Positions 39,601 through 46,078 of a stretch of 64,000 nt of DNA are shown here, piece by piece. Every line of letters starts with the position of its first letter. Position 1 is the stretch's first letter. Both the position numbers and the translations under genes were made by a program. The DNA comes from Clostridia bacterium (GTDB taxonomy: Bacteria; Bacillota; Clostridia; Christensenellales; UBA1242), in assembly GCA_016283155.1 (NCBI GenBank), contig JAEEMI010000025.1, positions 802 to 64,801 on the forward strand, written 5' to 3'. A model generated the notes under the pieces. It saw nothing but the letters and a program-made list of their open reading frames with translations, searched no databases and was not told where the DNA came from.

Positions 39601-42461
39601 AGTTTCAATGGTTTAATTGCTTCTTCAACAGTGTAAGTATACGTATATTCATTCCAATAAGCACTGGCTGCAACTTTAATATCAATACGATAAGTGCCTG
39701 CATGTGTCCCTCTTATATTATTTATATCGGGAGTAAACGAATTATTCCAAGAAGTAGTTGTACCACCAGCCGTATAATTTTTAAGACAGTAACTAATATC
39801 ACCATAACTGCCGCCAAATAATTTAGCATCACTTGCTAATAACTCATGGGATTGACCATCATAAGTTAAATCATAGACATCAGGAAGAGTAAGATCATTA
39901 ACAGTTAACGTTAATTTTCTTATACTGAAACATTCATAAACCTCTGAACTAGTAGTATAATTTTCATTATTAGCTTCGGCCCAACAATATACATAATAAG
40001 TCCCCGGTTCTGTGGCTGTTTGATTAACATCATCTTCACCATAATCTCGATTCTCGTAGGTAAAACGATAATGTATCGTATAATTACTACTGTCAACCCC
40101 GGAATTATTCAGCGTAGCTGGTGTGTCTATAATTTTATATGCAGTATTTAATGCCCAAGTCTGATTAGAGTTTAGTTTCGGTTTGTTCATATATAACCGT
40201 ACAGCATAAATGGTTAAATCATCAGATTGAGTGTATCTACTATCTGTATATAATGTTGGATTTAAAGATACTGCTCGTACTCCCAACCGATATGTACCAG
40301 CCTCTGCTACCTTACAATTTGCTTGAACGGTCTGATCAGTGGTTTCTGGTGAATACTCAACCCAATCACCCGACGATGTTTTCTTGAACAATGTATATTT
40401 AACGACAAAATCTTGATTTAGAACGGCACCAACACCTCCCGACCTAACCGACGAACTGTAAGAATTGAAATACGTGCTTGCATAATAACCATCCCAATAT
40501 GGAGTATGATATTCCCCAGAATAATTCCAAGAAATATCATCAGTTCTTGCATACCAATCAATAATATCCAACTGCCCTACGCCAATCGTTCCCCTTAATG
40601 GTTCATCCGGTATATAATCTGTACACCCCGGAAGAGTTAACTTCCAAAAAACACAGTATTCACCAGGATTACAAGCAACGACATTTGTTGCATTATCGGT
40701 CCATCCTTCATTACCATCAAGATCCTGTCCGTTAGTTAAAACATTACCGGAACTATCAACCGCTTTAAACCAAATACGTCCTCCATTAGAATTTCGGACG
40801 GTAGATCCATTTTCAAAGCGATATCCATAAATGCAATCATACTCAAAAACTAGTTGCTGATTTTTAGAATTATATCGCAAATCTGTTAGAAAAGCCGGAA
40901 TATTTTTTGGAACAACAGTTCCCATAGGATTCAATGTCAAAGTAATCGTTTTTGTTAGAATTGTATAATCGTAATCAGTTGCCGCATTTACAGGATCAGA
41001 GTAATACATATTATACGCAGGCGGTAATTTACCATCTGCATTCGCCACCGTTGAACCAGTTGCATATAACACATAACGGCATTCAACTTGCACCCTGTTA
41101 GCCGTACCACCAGGGCCAAGAGTTTTTAATTTAATTGATGAAGCATCAGTTGTCCATTCGTTTGTCCACGGATTTTTATAAACCCAAGCAGCGCCAACCC
41201 CAGTACTAACAGCACCATTAGTCAAATTTAAGGCAGCGGAATCAGGAGTCCATCTTGTTTCGCTGCTATTGCCAAACGCATTTTCTACCGTAACACCAGG
41301 GAAAGTATAACTATTTTCGTAAACACCCGTTACATCCTGCGGTAAAGAACTGGGATCAATTCGATAAAACCATACTGCACCATGTCCGTCACCATCAAGG
41401 CATTTGGCACCATTTACGGAATCACTAGAATACAATGGATAAACCCACGGTGAACACGAACCCCCGCCTCCAATTGGAAATCTTTTATCGACCTCTGTAT
41501 ATCCAACACCATTAGAACTAGGGGCACCACCACCACCCTTTCTATAACCACCACCACCACCGGCTCCGTTAACGTACGTAGAACCATTTGCGCCTTGAGT
41601 ATAAACAGTCACCGAACGTTTATAACCATTACAATTTACCTCATCAGGACCATATCCAGAACCGTCAACACAGCGGAAACCGTCACTATCCTGCGTTGCT
41701 GGCATACCTGGACAGTCTTGATTAAAAGCATTAGGATTACCATTATTAGTAGTAACTCCTAAATAACGCGCAACATCTACCCAGTCCTCTCCACTGTATC
41801 CTTTAAAAGTTGCATCGGCGGCATTACGCCAGGCTAACTGGGGAGAATCAGATGATTGAATAATATATCCAAAACCACCACCACCACCAGCACGTGAATA
41901 ACCACCTATATGTGAAGAACTAGTGCTGTAATTACTAGCCAAATATATATATCTTTCCATATTTTGTCTTTCTTCCATTAAAGATCCGCCTGGAGTCGCA
42001 AAGTTTGTATCAACTTCGGTACATCCATACCCATCCATACCATAAGCATTATCCGAACCATTCCCAGTTCCACCAGGAATACCAATTCTTATGGTTTGAC
42101 CATTACCTTTATAAAAACCGAAGCAGACAGCACCACGTCCTGATCCATTATTTGTATATGCTTCAGTACCTCCCTTTCCAGCAAAAAAAACAATATACGT
42201 ACCATTATCAAAGTTTAAAGTCGTTTGCTCCATTCTAGTTGCGGAATCACCACCAACAACATAAAAAGATGTTTTCCCGGTGGCATCTATTTCACCGCCA
42301 CCCATATATTGCGTACCAGAGCTTCCTGCTTCAACCGTATTTTCTTCCACAGAAGAAACATTGAACCGTTTTAAGATGTCATAAGCAACAACGAAAAGCG
42401 CGACAGCGGAAAATACTACCGCAAGAATTACTATCGACGCTCTTCTTCTTTTGTTCCCCAT
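27621..42461 (-). CDS. Giant (4,946 aa) repeat-containing surface protein, putative adhesin; paralog 2
   Basis: Same architecture as 12874-27567, near-identical N-terminal 30 aa, collinear C-terminal motifs (YVRAWIDFTG, WKWHG.DYLLEEN, ALSGMDTAT). Confidence 0.85.
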   Translation of the reverse strand: MGNKRRRASIVILAVVFSAVALFVVAYDILKRFNVSSVEENTVEAGSSGTQYMGGGEIDATGKTSFYVVGGDSATRMEQTTLNFDNGTYIVFFAGKGGTEAYTNNGSGRGAVCFGFYKGNGQTIRIGIPGGTGNGSDNAYGMDGYGCTEVDTNFATPGGSLMEERQNMERYIYLASNYSTSSSHIGGYSRAGGGGGFGYIIQSSDSPQLAWRNAADATFKGYSGEDWVDVARYLGVTTNNGNPNAFNQDCPGMPATQDSDGFRCVDGSGYGPDEVNCNGYKRSVTVYTQGANGSTYVNGAGGGGGYRKGGGGAPSSNGVGYTEVDKRFPIGGGGSCSPWVYPLYSSDSVNGAKCLDGDGHGAVWFYRIDPSSLPQDVTGVYENSYTFPGVTVENAFGNSSETRWTPDSAALNLTNGAVSTGVGAAWVYKNPWTNEWTTDASSIKLKTLGPGGTANRVQVECRYVLYATGSTVANADGKLPPAYNMYYSDPVNAATDYDYTILTKTITLTLNPMGTVVPKNIPAFLTDLRYNSKNQQLVFEYDCIYGYRFENGSTVRNSNGGRIWFKAVDSSGNVLTNGQDLDGNEGWTDNATNVVACNPGEYCVFWKLTLPGCTDYIPDEPLRGTIGVGQLDIIDWYARTDDISWNYSGEYHTPYWDGYYASTYFNSYSSSVRSGGVGAVLNQDFVVKYTLFKKTSSGDWVEYSPETTDQTVQANCKVAEAGTYRLGVRAVSLNPTLYTDSRYTQSDDLTIYAVRLYMNKPKLNSNQTWALNTAYKIIDTPATLNNSGVDSSNYTIHYRFTYENRDYGEDDVNQTATEPGTYYVYCWAEANNENYTTSSEVYECFSIRKLTLTVNDLTLPDVYDLTYDGQSHELLASDAKLFGGSYGDISYCLKNYTAGGTTTSWNNSFTPDINNIRGTHAGTYRIDIKVAASAYWNEYTYTYTVEEAIKPLKLSASAPVLKSTSIIYNKNSQKLLDSGGSVTTKLANNANVPTNAYYIKYTTYRVGTNSASSTNTLSNVSQQSAGVYKVKCNACPQNSTNGYDYIQSDDVWATGGNTDTDGEIRIDKAVNSFTTKPNIYSYQYQYGNEIHFLGSTGYANETNSGTNILFSLDKNGTYTSYSNIYGIDAGNYTVWAKIPETTNYLETITSFTAVINKNNAGATNPTGAKNLNYTSDPLCLLESPATIIEVMNNNGVKCKMGSKIYYVVDEIPSSNGTTDFVNGWTDDWTAVTAIESGKHRVYFYVDGNENFNRSGIRSIEVAVGDLVTCLTQQPVPYTGLVYNGSPQQLLESPGTADHGTVCYRIGTSGNWQTAIDINEMKATAAGTYTVQYYIVGEDGWPDGYFMLSGHVPYEMTVTIAAYKATIDTYPNPTRTFTVSYGSDGTIVTHKLLSDSTKGSVNFKFGSTTERMGSIQYKLRKQSDGVNGYITGKNWNTDINQMTVSNAGDYILDYKIVAADNNYLDSDPQSISITVYKGTPTVVAPTPNTVSVYDGTSKNLLVDNGSVGIGWKMQYRVPTKYTNGSPEWPTDGWTDLPSTLPANLKGTNAGNYYIQYRAAADSTDNCENSAIGTIIATIQKLQISVPAASAEDKLFNNGYQQLLSTIEAGVSADDGFIIYRILKKGTNNAYSAVIPHSNGTAVSNPSGATVDTAKRFNVSGVPTASGEWTNNIAYIKVKDVANYTIEFKVITKSSNYSTSNLGTISASILSNQAAVVTAPVGKSGLSYVGSSIGLLSKVGVANAMGTMNYKVTGPSTNVGFTTDTSKIVGTYPGSYTITYYAKGKSTGYENSPESSFMVTIDQGQAKYGNNDTNKPAAPTATLAYNGTKLSLLGNAGTSDTSTGTLKYQLSKVGVSNAMVAFTNDSSKIEAELPNTYKVEYYIEGKTVGGYKCYYDTPVQFFTVTINKGSATSLITKPTAKVGTDLVYTTGNNGAAVQKALFNQGSLKTNTGGKTIGKLQYRIKGDANQGADADWFDDWGTGVYPDLLKRGLPGTYTVQYRFVSATDSGVRLYYDYHETDVSWFDVTIGAAAASISAGQEPKASAGTSLVYKDGAPIMLLQSGGVPVHGKMQYRVVNNAGEPIEMYQSIIDANGNVTGKGTDVISGANGWVSTATYNYKDITVNDPGYYTIEYYVQGDADYLDSGMGYISLTVAKAQLKAGTHYVAPQKINNLSFTGVAQNLITPGSFKSGYTGTFMYRMNDSSSFIEWNADSFKGIKATAYTISWYIQDVYGYENSYVQAITVTIGKTGGGINRGSLNGISGLIYNNADQQLFTGAASQVYLSTDTVKDEKATIYYAITQSNTVAPGDKDVVSTDISALTKTTAYNDSGNQIKYYLWYRADATASYNEVGWGCTGLYTTIGKATYSVSISKNNDVVYDGLPHKIYAGNQYVVSSNSGTDDTWVDVQTVLTYVGYNGATENLTPDNSVTNAGTYTLQFTCTPKAGKTYSKQIAGSTTSFVFKILQTDSISGITISGLTLTSSAINANGSAKPFNANQNINLSVFNNNQYNGITSNNYVNNNVEYNQLGYLFTQESDESALGSFNDCTTASSLNTAIKNLSTSTAGTWYLWFSVLSHNSLQNGVIFKAATINVTRYDATNVTMKGLTITGSTSADIKNGSSVYKGSSYKIVKSGATVSFDQSLIYSGVKYAINSDGTTAPTVDNDWKSTVAELPTKTDVGTYYLWIKWNQSDNLTETTGRVYGSFKITQLTNFTNYYFTGLSFEPQTSSTTADGYKTYSLTFSNTNQKVIKASSTPTVKVNSSSTDTTTTINNLTTSFAASNAFKIGVCNNQTTMTGTYYTLANYSSLVVKNVDTYYLWISWSGSANVAAGSKIYQIDNNTYQNNAVVGTKISFQVKKNSDASSLVSLTNQSKVAKYYGGVSQHQYQYTFTDIEFKGVQQQLFEADETPVVQINGVNYSSSTTFKYLLTKDDNETTVAATTGGWQNTIAAAKVTDIGVYHLWLKITINNTTSVYAVKYYDLGSAEIIPTTSFVQIPPKQITGLVTDTQTAHQLITKSTQTKPAVEYWLEGVSTSWTENATSLTRVAAGTYRIYYRGATYTENGVTIFNALTLEANQTNYPYVEVSISQTNASIKTMPSKKNNVYYTGHAISNDDLFNQGSAQYENQTTHQMTEINLLYSWEDTQNSFVPYANLTQKTAAGSYHLYFKPDTRNMGDNVGPIDSATVFITVEIKKVEVENSNLVTEENDNLIYTASEYQVFLNEMDYSLYYEVNGNKIYLKESNGTTKIKYTNHKSDTTYGALGVIKYGVSTNPEIEPAPSEWKTNYSDVTIRQVGTYYPWIKVEAGDNHNALNPVCFELNTITIKPADANSISLKKTTYSGQTYHYNSLERQMISDFNLVVEVQKRDANGNVVSGYNPMENDRKGNVYYALNDSSTNSPDPSNKSLNGWHTSWETLTKSKYGTYYLWIMFEDDGGSNFETIRQCLTTYATNDGSTRDAIKIEKAEYSELSISGITGLSVMFNGANQGYNDGLIAGELKVSIGGYDVTDEIDIGNVKYCFKTTTESAPLATDDSWKAILSAKALAVGNYQLYVKLALKSGNNYQNIDGTIPLIYAMFVAPNYAEIYRVDERYLDVIAPEFYDLTYNGKNQRIIKTGATVRLKNGNQLVGDMGRAYYYISGSPDVRTQTGTTSDNTWHYTITGSNLVQLHAGTYYIWLKFNQGTSHTALEPRYIGSVTIAQADPQSELRKTTLSGMTFTSSTYNGAEHTLVGKTNDNYNIVVQKFSNGYTLNSTNDYSKIEYGYSSDPSIAPAEWVDENNLDALKARNAGNYYIWVKVTGKPNPKNGQYNIADYMRCYAIDNPNEKAVITKAILTKSYFYGINTHSGLSYIGKNQVLADLTPNTEGKLTIKINASVGDVNLETYNPNIVVRWGLGTGSETNAGPTNANAWVTDLSRITGKNAIDYYLWVKVTGSDNIEDFTGYYAKISIAKAQIAYLVKPQYYGDGINPQLTYNCAEQSLLVREPVAYFAPTTTTYYTDPDEVVSGKPYYLASEVQYQYQVNNGNSINNYINVKGIDAGILNQVSNTYIGTRYRVSYNVIAGNNWNQKSEYVDVYIAPIDASDYNFGLINNPNPVTGIVYDENEHELITYGHLAIMDNDRGTANEGAKIAFWYTDQPNNKYYYYYNKTSSNYVWENGKLPGRTDHGTYYIQYQIIAGTNNHNYYDSAIYGLEINIAQRQIKWHVNPRPIYGLKYNNHMQVAVEAGYFNHEINDNSVKVYYSKQKPYTENREWSIELPQVDKTGVWDIYYYVDFDADNKHNNVFIGPENNDPAVGELLQVLVERHILSIRTAPESTYMEYTAEYQNLIYYYSLSTDYASVFDPEDMPYFEYSFDCNVWNDYNIMAKDCGNYLIYYRLHYNDDIFDFSGKIPMSGEINAVIYTKYIVQGLVTAAYDLNTKTVSMAADSYSTALQNEFSQYAKFQYRIYDEYNLNRTWEDWQQDGQQLPMGTYQFRIIVEDKINPTPNFNPYTQTESYQIVEIKEDRKVFIVMPNNTYSTLAYVRAWIDFTGTMTYEEAPTQYRYEGWANTNGDKLFCTFKDLSTTGVKGKAVLRVQTLNNAYYFRTADELNQETRRKTLVKWNEEKDTYYKGLPTADLRVYLYEVYHIQYSGNGAVPMTGTVAPDESWKWHGIDYLLEENIYRKETTDTHELLTPNGWNTARAGNGNNYPSGSYYRGNSSQIFYADFFKSDVVKYKINWIIMNDTDVYSIALKTGKWFNVNNDRSRETGVYVEKDAPILLPQIVEDEDHNQFWTGTLFNNYRIKGWFTTDGDWTIDDGINDPHWKNIEYYFNMKATSNMTFVADLEETTDDVQCVFQDQQGKQISASGIVANGAKSYLALSGMDTATYTTYQDGYQEWMQTYGQSALNATPDDAITFTLQTNSTPEKPTENPETTKDSFQEYVTMFVILGVGLLMTVASLVVYLPMRKKLYTIK

Positions 42462-42511
42462 TTACTTATATTATTTAACCACGTTATCAAAAAAATGTAA
42501 AACGATTAATG
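42437..42511. repeat. 75-bp exact direct repeat, copy 2
   Basis: Identical to 27543-27617, offset 14,894 bp. Confidence 0.95.
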
Positions 42512-42516
42512 GAGTT

Positions 42517-43545
42517 TTACTCGACACCAAACGCGATTTTTTTAACCTGTTCAACGCGTGCCGTTACAATAGAATTTTGAATCAACGGCAACTCTGCAGC
42601 AGGTGTCCCAATGCGTGGTGAATACGGAAAAATGTGGATTTTATCCAAACGTAATTTTTGTAAATATGACAATGTTGTCTGAAATGCGGCATCAGTTTCA
42701 GTGGGAAAACCAACAATTAAATCCGTACCAAAAGTTGCATCAGGAAAAGCCGCACGTAATGCTTGAATAATATCGGCATATTCTTGCGTTGTGTAATGGC
42801 GGTTCATTGCGCGCAAAACTTCATCACAACCCGACTGTAAACAGATATGAAAATGCGGAACAAAGTTATGACATTGGCGCAAAGTATCAATTAAATTAGC
42901 AGTCATCATTGGTGGCTCTAAACTGGAGATTTCCCATTGAATACCACACGCATCAACCGCACGACATAGCGCCGCAAAATCTGGATAATAACACAAATTA
43001 ATTCCACATAAAACTACGGAGGTAACATATGAACTTTGCGCCTTAATCTCTGTTATAACGTCATCAATTGGACGGTATTCAATTTTATTCCTAATATGCG
43101 GAATTATACAGTACGTACAGAAGTTCTGACAGCCATCTTGAATTTTAATGAATGCTTTTTCTCTTTGGTGGCGAACCACTACCCCAGTGGTTGAAATTAC
43201 TGATGTTTTTTTATCATTTATCTGCAATAAATCTGCGACTTCCAGTGCCACCATTTCGGCGGTCTTACGACCAAATGCGCACCCCATTGTAACGATGTGA
43301 GCTTGTGGATGGTAGCGTTTAATTTTAGAAACTCCGTAACGTGATTTCTTTTCTGCCATACTGGTAACCGCACACGAGTTAATCACAAAAACAGCTGCTG
43401 ATGGCAAGTGTGAAATTGCGCCATCCGCAACCATTTGATTAACAATTCCCATTGCATTCAAATTACTGGCTACGGCTTCACTTTCGTAATAGTTCACCTT
43501 GCAACCATAAGTAATAATGTACACCATCGGTGCTTGACTTTGCAT
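42517..43545 (-). CDS. mtaB: Radical SAM methylthiotransferase, MtaB-like, no TRAM domain
   Basis: TYGCKVN.YES, INSCAVT..AEKKSR, FIKIQDGCQNFCTYC, LQSG.D.VL.AMNRHY, D.IVGFP.ET, HIFPYSPR.GTPAA. Confidence 0.8.
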   Translation of the reverse strand: MQSQAPMVYIITYGCKVNYYESEAVASNLNAMGIVNQMVADGAISHLPSAAVFVINSCAVTSMAEKKSRYGVSKIKRYHPQAHIVTMGCAFGRKTAEMVALEVADLLQINDKKTSVISTTGVVVRHQREKAFIKIQDGCQNFCTYCIIPHIRNKIEYRPIDDVITEIKAQSSYVTSVVLCGINLCYYPDFAALCRAVDACGIQWEISSLEPPMMTANLIDTLRQCHNFVPHFHICLQSGCDEVLRAMNRHYTTQEYADIIQALRAAFPDATFGTDLIVGFPTETDAAFQTTLSYLQKLRLDKIHIFPYSPRIGTPAAELPLIQNSIVTARVEQVKKIAFGVE

Positions 43546-43581
43546 TGACCTTATTATATAATCCTTACATTATTTTGTAAA
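43534..43581. promoter_or_regulatory. Bidirectional sigma-A promoter for mtaB (-) and rpsU (+)
   Basis: Plus: TTGACT-17-TATAAT (43534-43562); minus: TTTACA-17-TATAAT (43581-43553); both -10 boxes lie in palindrome ATTATATAAT. Confidence 0.75.
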
Positions 43582-43602
43582 TTAAAAGCGGGGTGAGAAA
43601 CA

Positions 43603-43806
43603 GTGAGTCAAGTCATCGTTGGTGAAAACGAAAGTTTGGAAAATGCTTTGAAACGTTTCAAACGCAAAGTCCAAAAAGACGGCATTTTAGCAGATATGAA
43701 ACGCAAAGAAGAATGGGTCAAACCAAGTGTTGCCCGTAAATTAAAAAGTGCTAATGCCCGTAAACGTGCACGCAAAGAAGCACGCGGCGCTAAAACCGCA
43801 CTTTAA
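43603..43806 (+). CDS. rpsU: 30S ribosomal protein S21
   Basis: [16 protein letters not shown]....GIL...KR.E...KPSV.RK.KS..ARKR; SD GGGGTGA. Confidence 0.95.
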   Translation: MSQVIVGENESLENALKRFKRKVQKDGILADMKRKEEWVKPSVARKLKSANARKRARKEARGAKTAL

Positions 43807-43825
43807 TTTAATTACTTCATTAAAC

Positions 43826-43857
43826 AAAAAAAAGGACTACCGTAGTAGTCTTTTTTT
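43826..43857. terminator. Bidirectional intrinsic terminator
   Basis: A8-GGACTAC-CGTA-GTAGTC-T7 between convergent rpsU and rny. Confidence 0.85.
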
Positions 43858-43874
43858 ATAGCTTTTTTTCAGTT

Positions 43875-45437
43875 TTATTTAGCCAACTCAGTCGCACGTG
43901 TCTCACGAATTACATTAACTTTAATTTGACCTGGGTATTGCAATTTTGCTTCAATTTCTTTTGCAATATCTTTTGCCATAAAGACAGCATCAGCATCAGT
44001 AACTTGTTCGGGTTTAACGATAACACGTACTTCACGACCTGCCGAAATAGCATAGCATTTGTCTACACCAGTTTTGGCTTTGCAGATGTCTTCTAAATCG
44101 TGTAAACGTTTAATGTAATTTTCTAGATTTTCGCGGCGAGCACCAGGACGTGACGAACTAATTGCATCGGCAACTTGGACGATAATTGCTTCTACAGAAT
44201 GATACGGAACATCTCCGTGGTGAGCTTCAATACAGTGAATTACTGCTTCTGATTCTTTACATCGTTTAGCCAATTCAACACCAATTGAAACGTGGGTTCC
44301 ATCAACCTCGTGGTCAGTAGCTTTACCAATATCGTGTAATAAACCACCACGACGGCAAACTTGCTCATTAGCACCTAGTTCAATCGCCAACAAACCGGCC
44401 AATTGAGAAACTTCAACACTATGTTTCAAAACGTTTTGACCATAACTGTAACGGTATTTCAAACGACCTAATTGTTTGATAATTTCCATTGGTAAGCCGT
44501 TAACACGAGCATCATAGGCCGCGTGTTCACCAACATTTTTACATTGTTGTTCCATTTCTTTTTTAGTGCGCTCAACAATCTCTTCAATTCTTGCAGGATT
44601 AACACGTCCATCCATAATTAATTTTTCTAGGGACAAACGAGCAATCTCACGACGATACGGATCAAACGAAGAAACCGTAATCACATCTGGTGTATCATCA
44701 ATAATTAAGTCAACACCAGTTGCAGCTTCAATTGAACGAATATTACGTCCTTCTTTACCAATCAAGCGACCTTTAATTTCATCGCCAGAAATATTAACTG
44801 TTGAAGTTGTAATTTCATTACTGGTATCAGTTGACAAACGTTGCACAGCGTTCGTGATAATTTCACGTGCCTTTGTGTCCGCGTTCTCTTTAGCATCTTC
44901 TTCAATTTCGTGAATCAATTTTACAGCATCGGCTTTAGCTTCTTCGGTTAAGTTATCAATAATTAATTTCTTCGCTTCTGCCTTAGTTAAACCCGAAACT
45001 TTTTCCAGCTGAGTAATCGCTTCAGCTTTAGTCTTTTCTGCTGATGCCAAATTATCTTCAGTTTGTTTTTTTGTAGTTTCAATTTGTGAACGCAATTTAT
45101 CCAATGCTAATTCTTTGTTTTCCAAATTTTCTTCACGTTTACCAAGTTGCTCTTCACGCGTTAAGATACGAGCTTCCATTCGTTGAATTTCCGTACGACG
45201 CTCTCGAATTTCATTATCGCATTCGACTTTTAATTTGTGAATTTCTTCTTTTGCTTCTAACAGTGATTCCTTTTTCATCGTGGCAGCATCGTTAATCGCT
45301 TTTTTGGCTAATTCGCTGGCAGCTTGTCGATCTTTTTTCATTTTGCTTGATTGAAGGAACGAGCACAGTAACCATCCTCCACCCAAGCCAATTAACAGAG
45401 CCACGATAATGAGGAAAATTGCTAATCCAACATTCAT
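43875..45437 (-). CDS. rny: Ribonuclease Y
   Basis: N-terminal TM, coiled coil, KH (KGRLIGKEGRNIR), HD (LLHDIGKA), SRPGARRE; start set to ATG 45437 after AAAGGAG. Confidence 0.97.
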   Translation of the reverse strand: MNVGLAIFLIIVALLIGLGGGWLLCSFLQSSKMKKDRQAASELAKKAINDAATMKKESLLEAKEEIHKLKVECDNEIRERRTEIQRMEARILTREEQLGKREENLENKELALDKLRSQIETTKKQTEDNLASAEKTKAEAITQLEKVSGLTKAEAKKLIIDNLTEEAKADAVKLIHEIEEDAKENADTKAREIITNAVQRLSTDTSNEITTSTVNISGDEIKGRLIGKEGRNIRSIEAATGVDLIIDDTPDVITVSSFDPYRREIARLSLEKLIMDGRVNPARIEEIVERTKKEMEQQCKNVGEHAAYDARVNGLPMEIIKQLGRLKYRYSYGQNVLKHSVEVSQLAGLLAIELGANEQVCRRGGLLHDIGKATDHEVDGTHVSIGVELAKRCKESEAVIHCIEAHHGDVPYHSVEAIIVQVADAISSSRPGARRENLENYIKRLHDLEDICKAKTGVDKCYAISAGREVRVIVKPEQVTDADAVFMAKDIAKEIEAKLQYPGQIKVNVIRETRATELAK

Positions 45438-45474
45438 CGTTATTTTCTCCTTTACTTTTTTTTGGGTATGCTTC

Positions 45475-45503
45475 ATTATACCTTTTAGAGGTGCTTATGT
45501 CAA
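45475..45503 (-). promoter_or_regulatory. Consensus sigma-A promoter of rny overlapping pgsA RBS and start
   Basis: TTGACA-17-TATAAT. Confidence 0.85.
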
Positions 45504-46078
45504 AACATATTCCCAATATCATTACTACCGCACGAATTGCATTATTGCCATTTGTGTATTTGTTTTATTTAACGAATTGGTTTCCTTACAGTCAATACGT
45601 TGCGATTGCAGTTTTTATTATTGCCGCAGTAACTGATTTTTTAGACGGCAAAATTGCTCGCAAATACAACTTAGTTTCAAACATTGGTAAAATGCTTGAT
45701 CCAATTGCTGATAAGATGCTGTATTACACAGGTTTATTCTTGATTATTGTAACAGGTATTTTACCAACATGGGCTGCCGCAATCATTTATGTAATTAACC
45801 TTTGTCGTGATTTTGCAATCGATTGCTTACGAATGATTGCCGCAACTAAAGGCTCAGTTTTAGCTGCAAATATTTATGGTAAAATCAAGACAATGATTGC
45901 CTTTGTCGCTTTACCCTGGTTATTATTACAAGGTTGTTTACCAACCGATTGGAACGGTTTATTAATTTTCCAGATTATCGGTTACATCTTAATCGGTTTA
46001 CAAACATTCTTCTGTTTATTGTCTGGTTTAATTTATTTGGTTAAAAACCGTCAAGTTTTAGTTGATGTTAAAGCGTAG
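45497..46078 (+). CDS. pgsA: CDP-diacylglycerol--glycerol-3-phosphate 3-phosphatidyltransferase
   Basis: IPNIIT.ARI, TDFLDGKIARKYN.VS..GK.LDP.ADK, GKIKT; SD GAGGTG before ATG 45497. Confidence 0.93.
   Translation: MSKHIPNIITTARIALLPFVYLFYLTNWFPYSQYVAIAVFIIAAVTDFLDGKIARKYNLVSNIGKMLDPIADKMLYYTGLFLIIVTGILPTWAAAIIYVINLCRDFAIDCLRMIAATKGSVLAANIYGKIKTMIAFVALPWLLLQGCLPTDWNGLLIFQIIGYILIGLQTFFCLLSGLIYLVKNRQVLVDVKA

Noticed and set aside
25868-42190. Homopolymer tracts in the giant genes (G7 at 25868, A8 at 26701 and 42183) as phase-variation switches
   Set aside because: Tracts are short, A8 is expected in AT-rich DNA, and both ORFs are intact
12874-42461. Giant-gene block as a mobile island, CRISPR array or DGR target
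   Set aside because: No integrase, transposase, reverse transcriptase, att sites, regularly spaced repeats or adenine-specific repeat pair was seen
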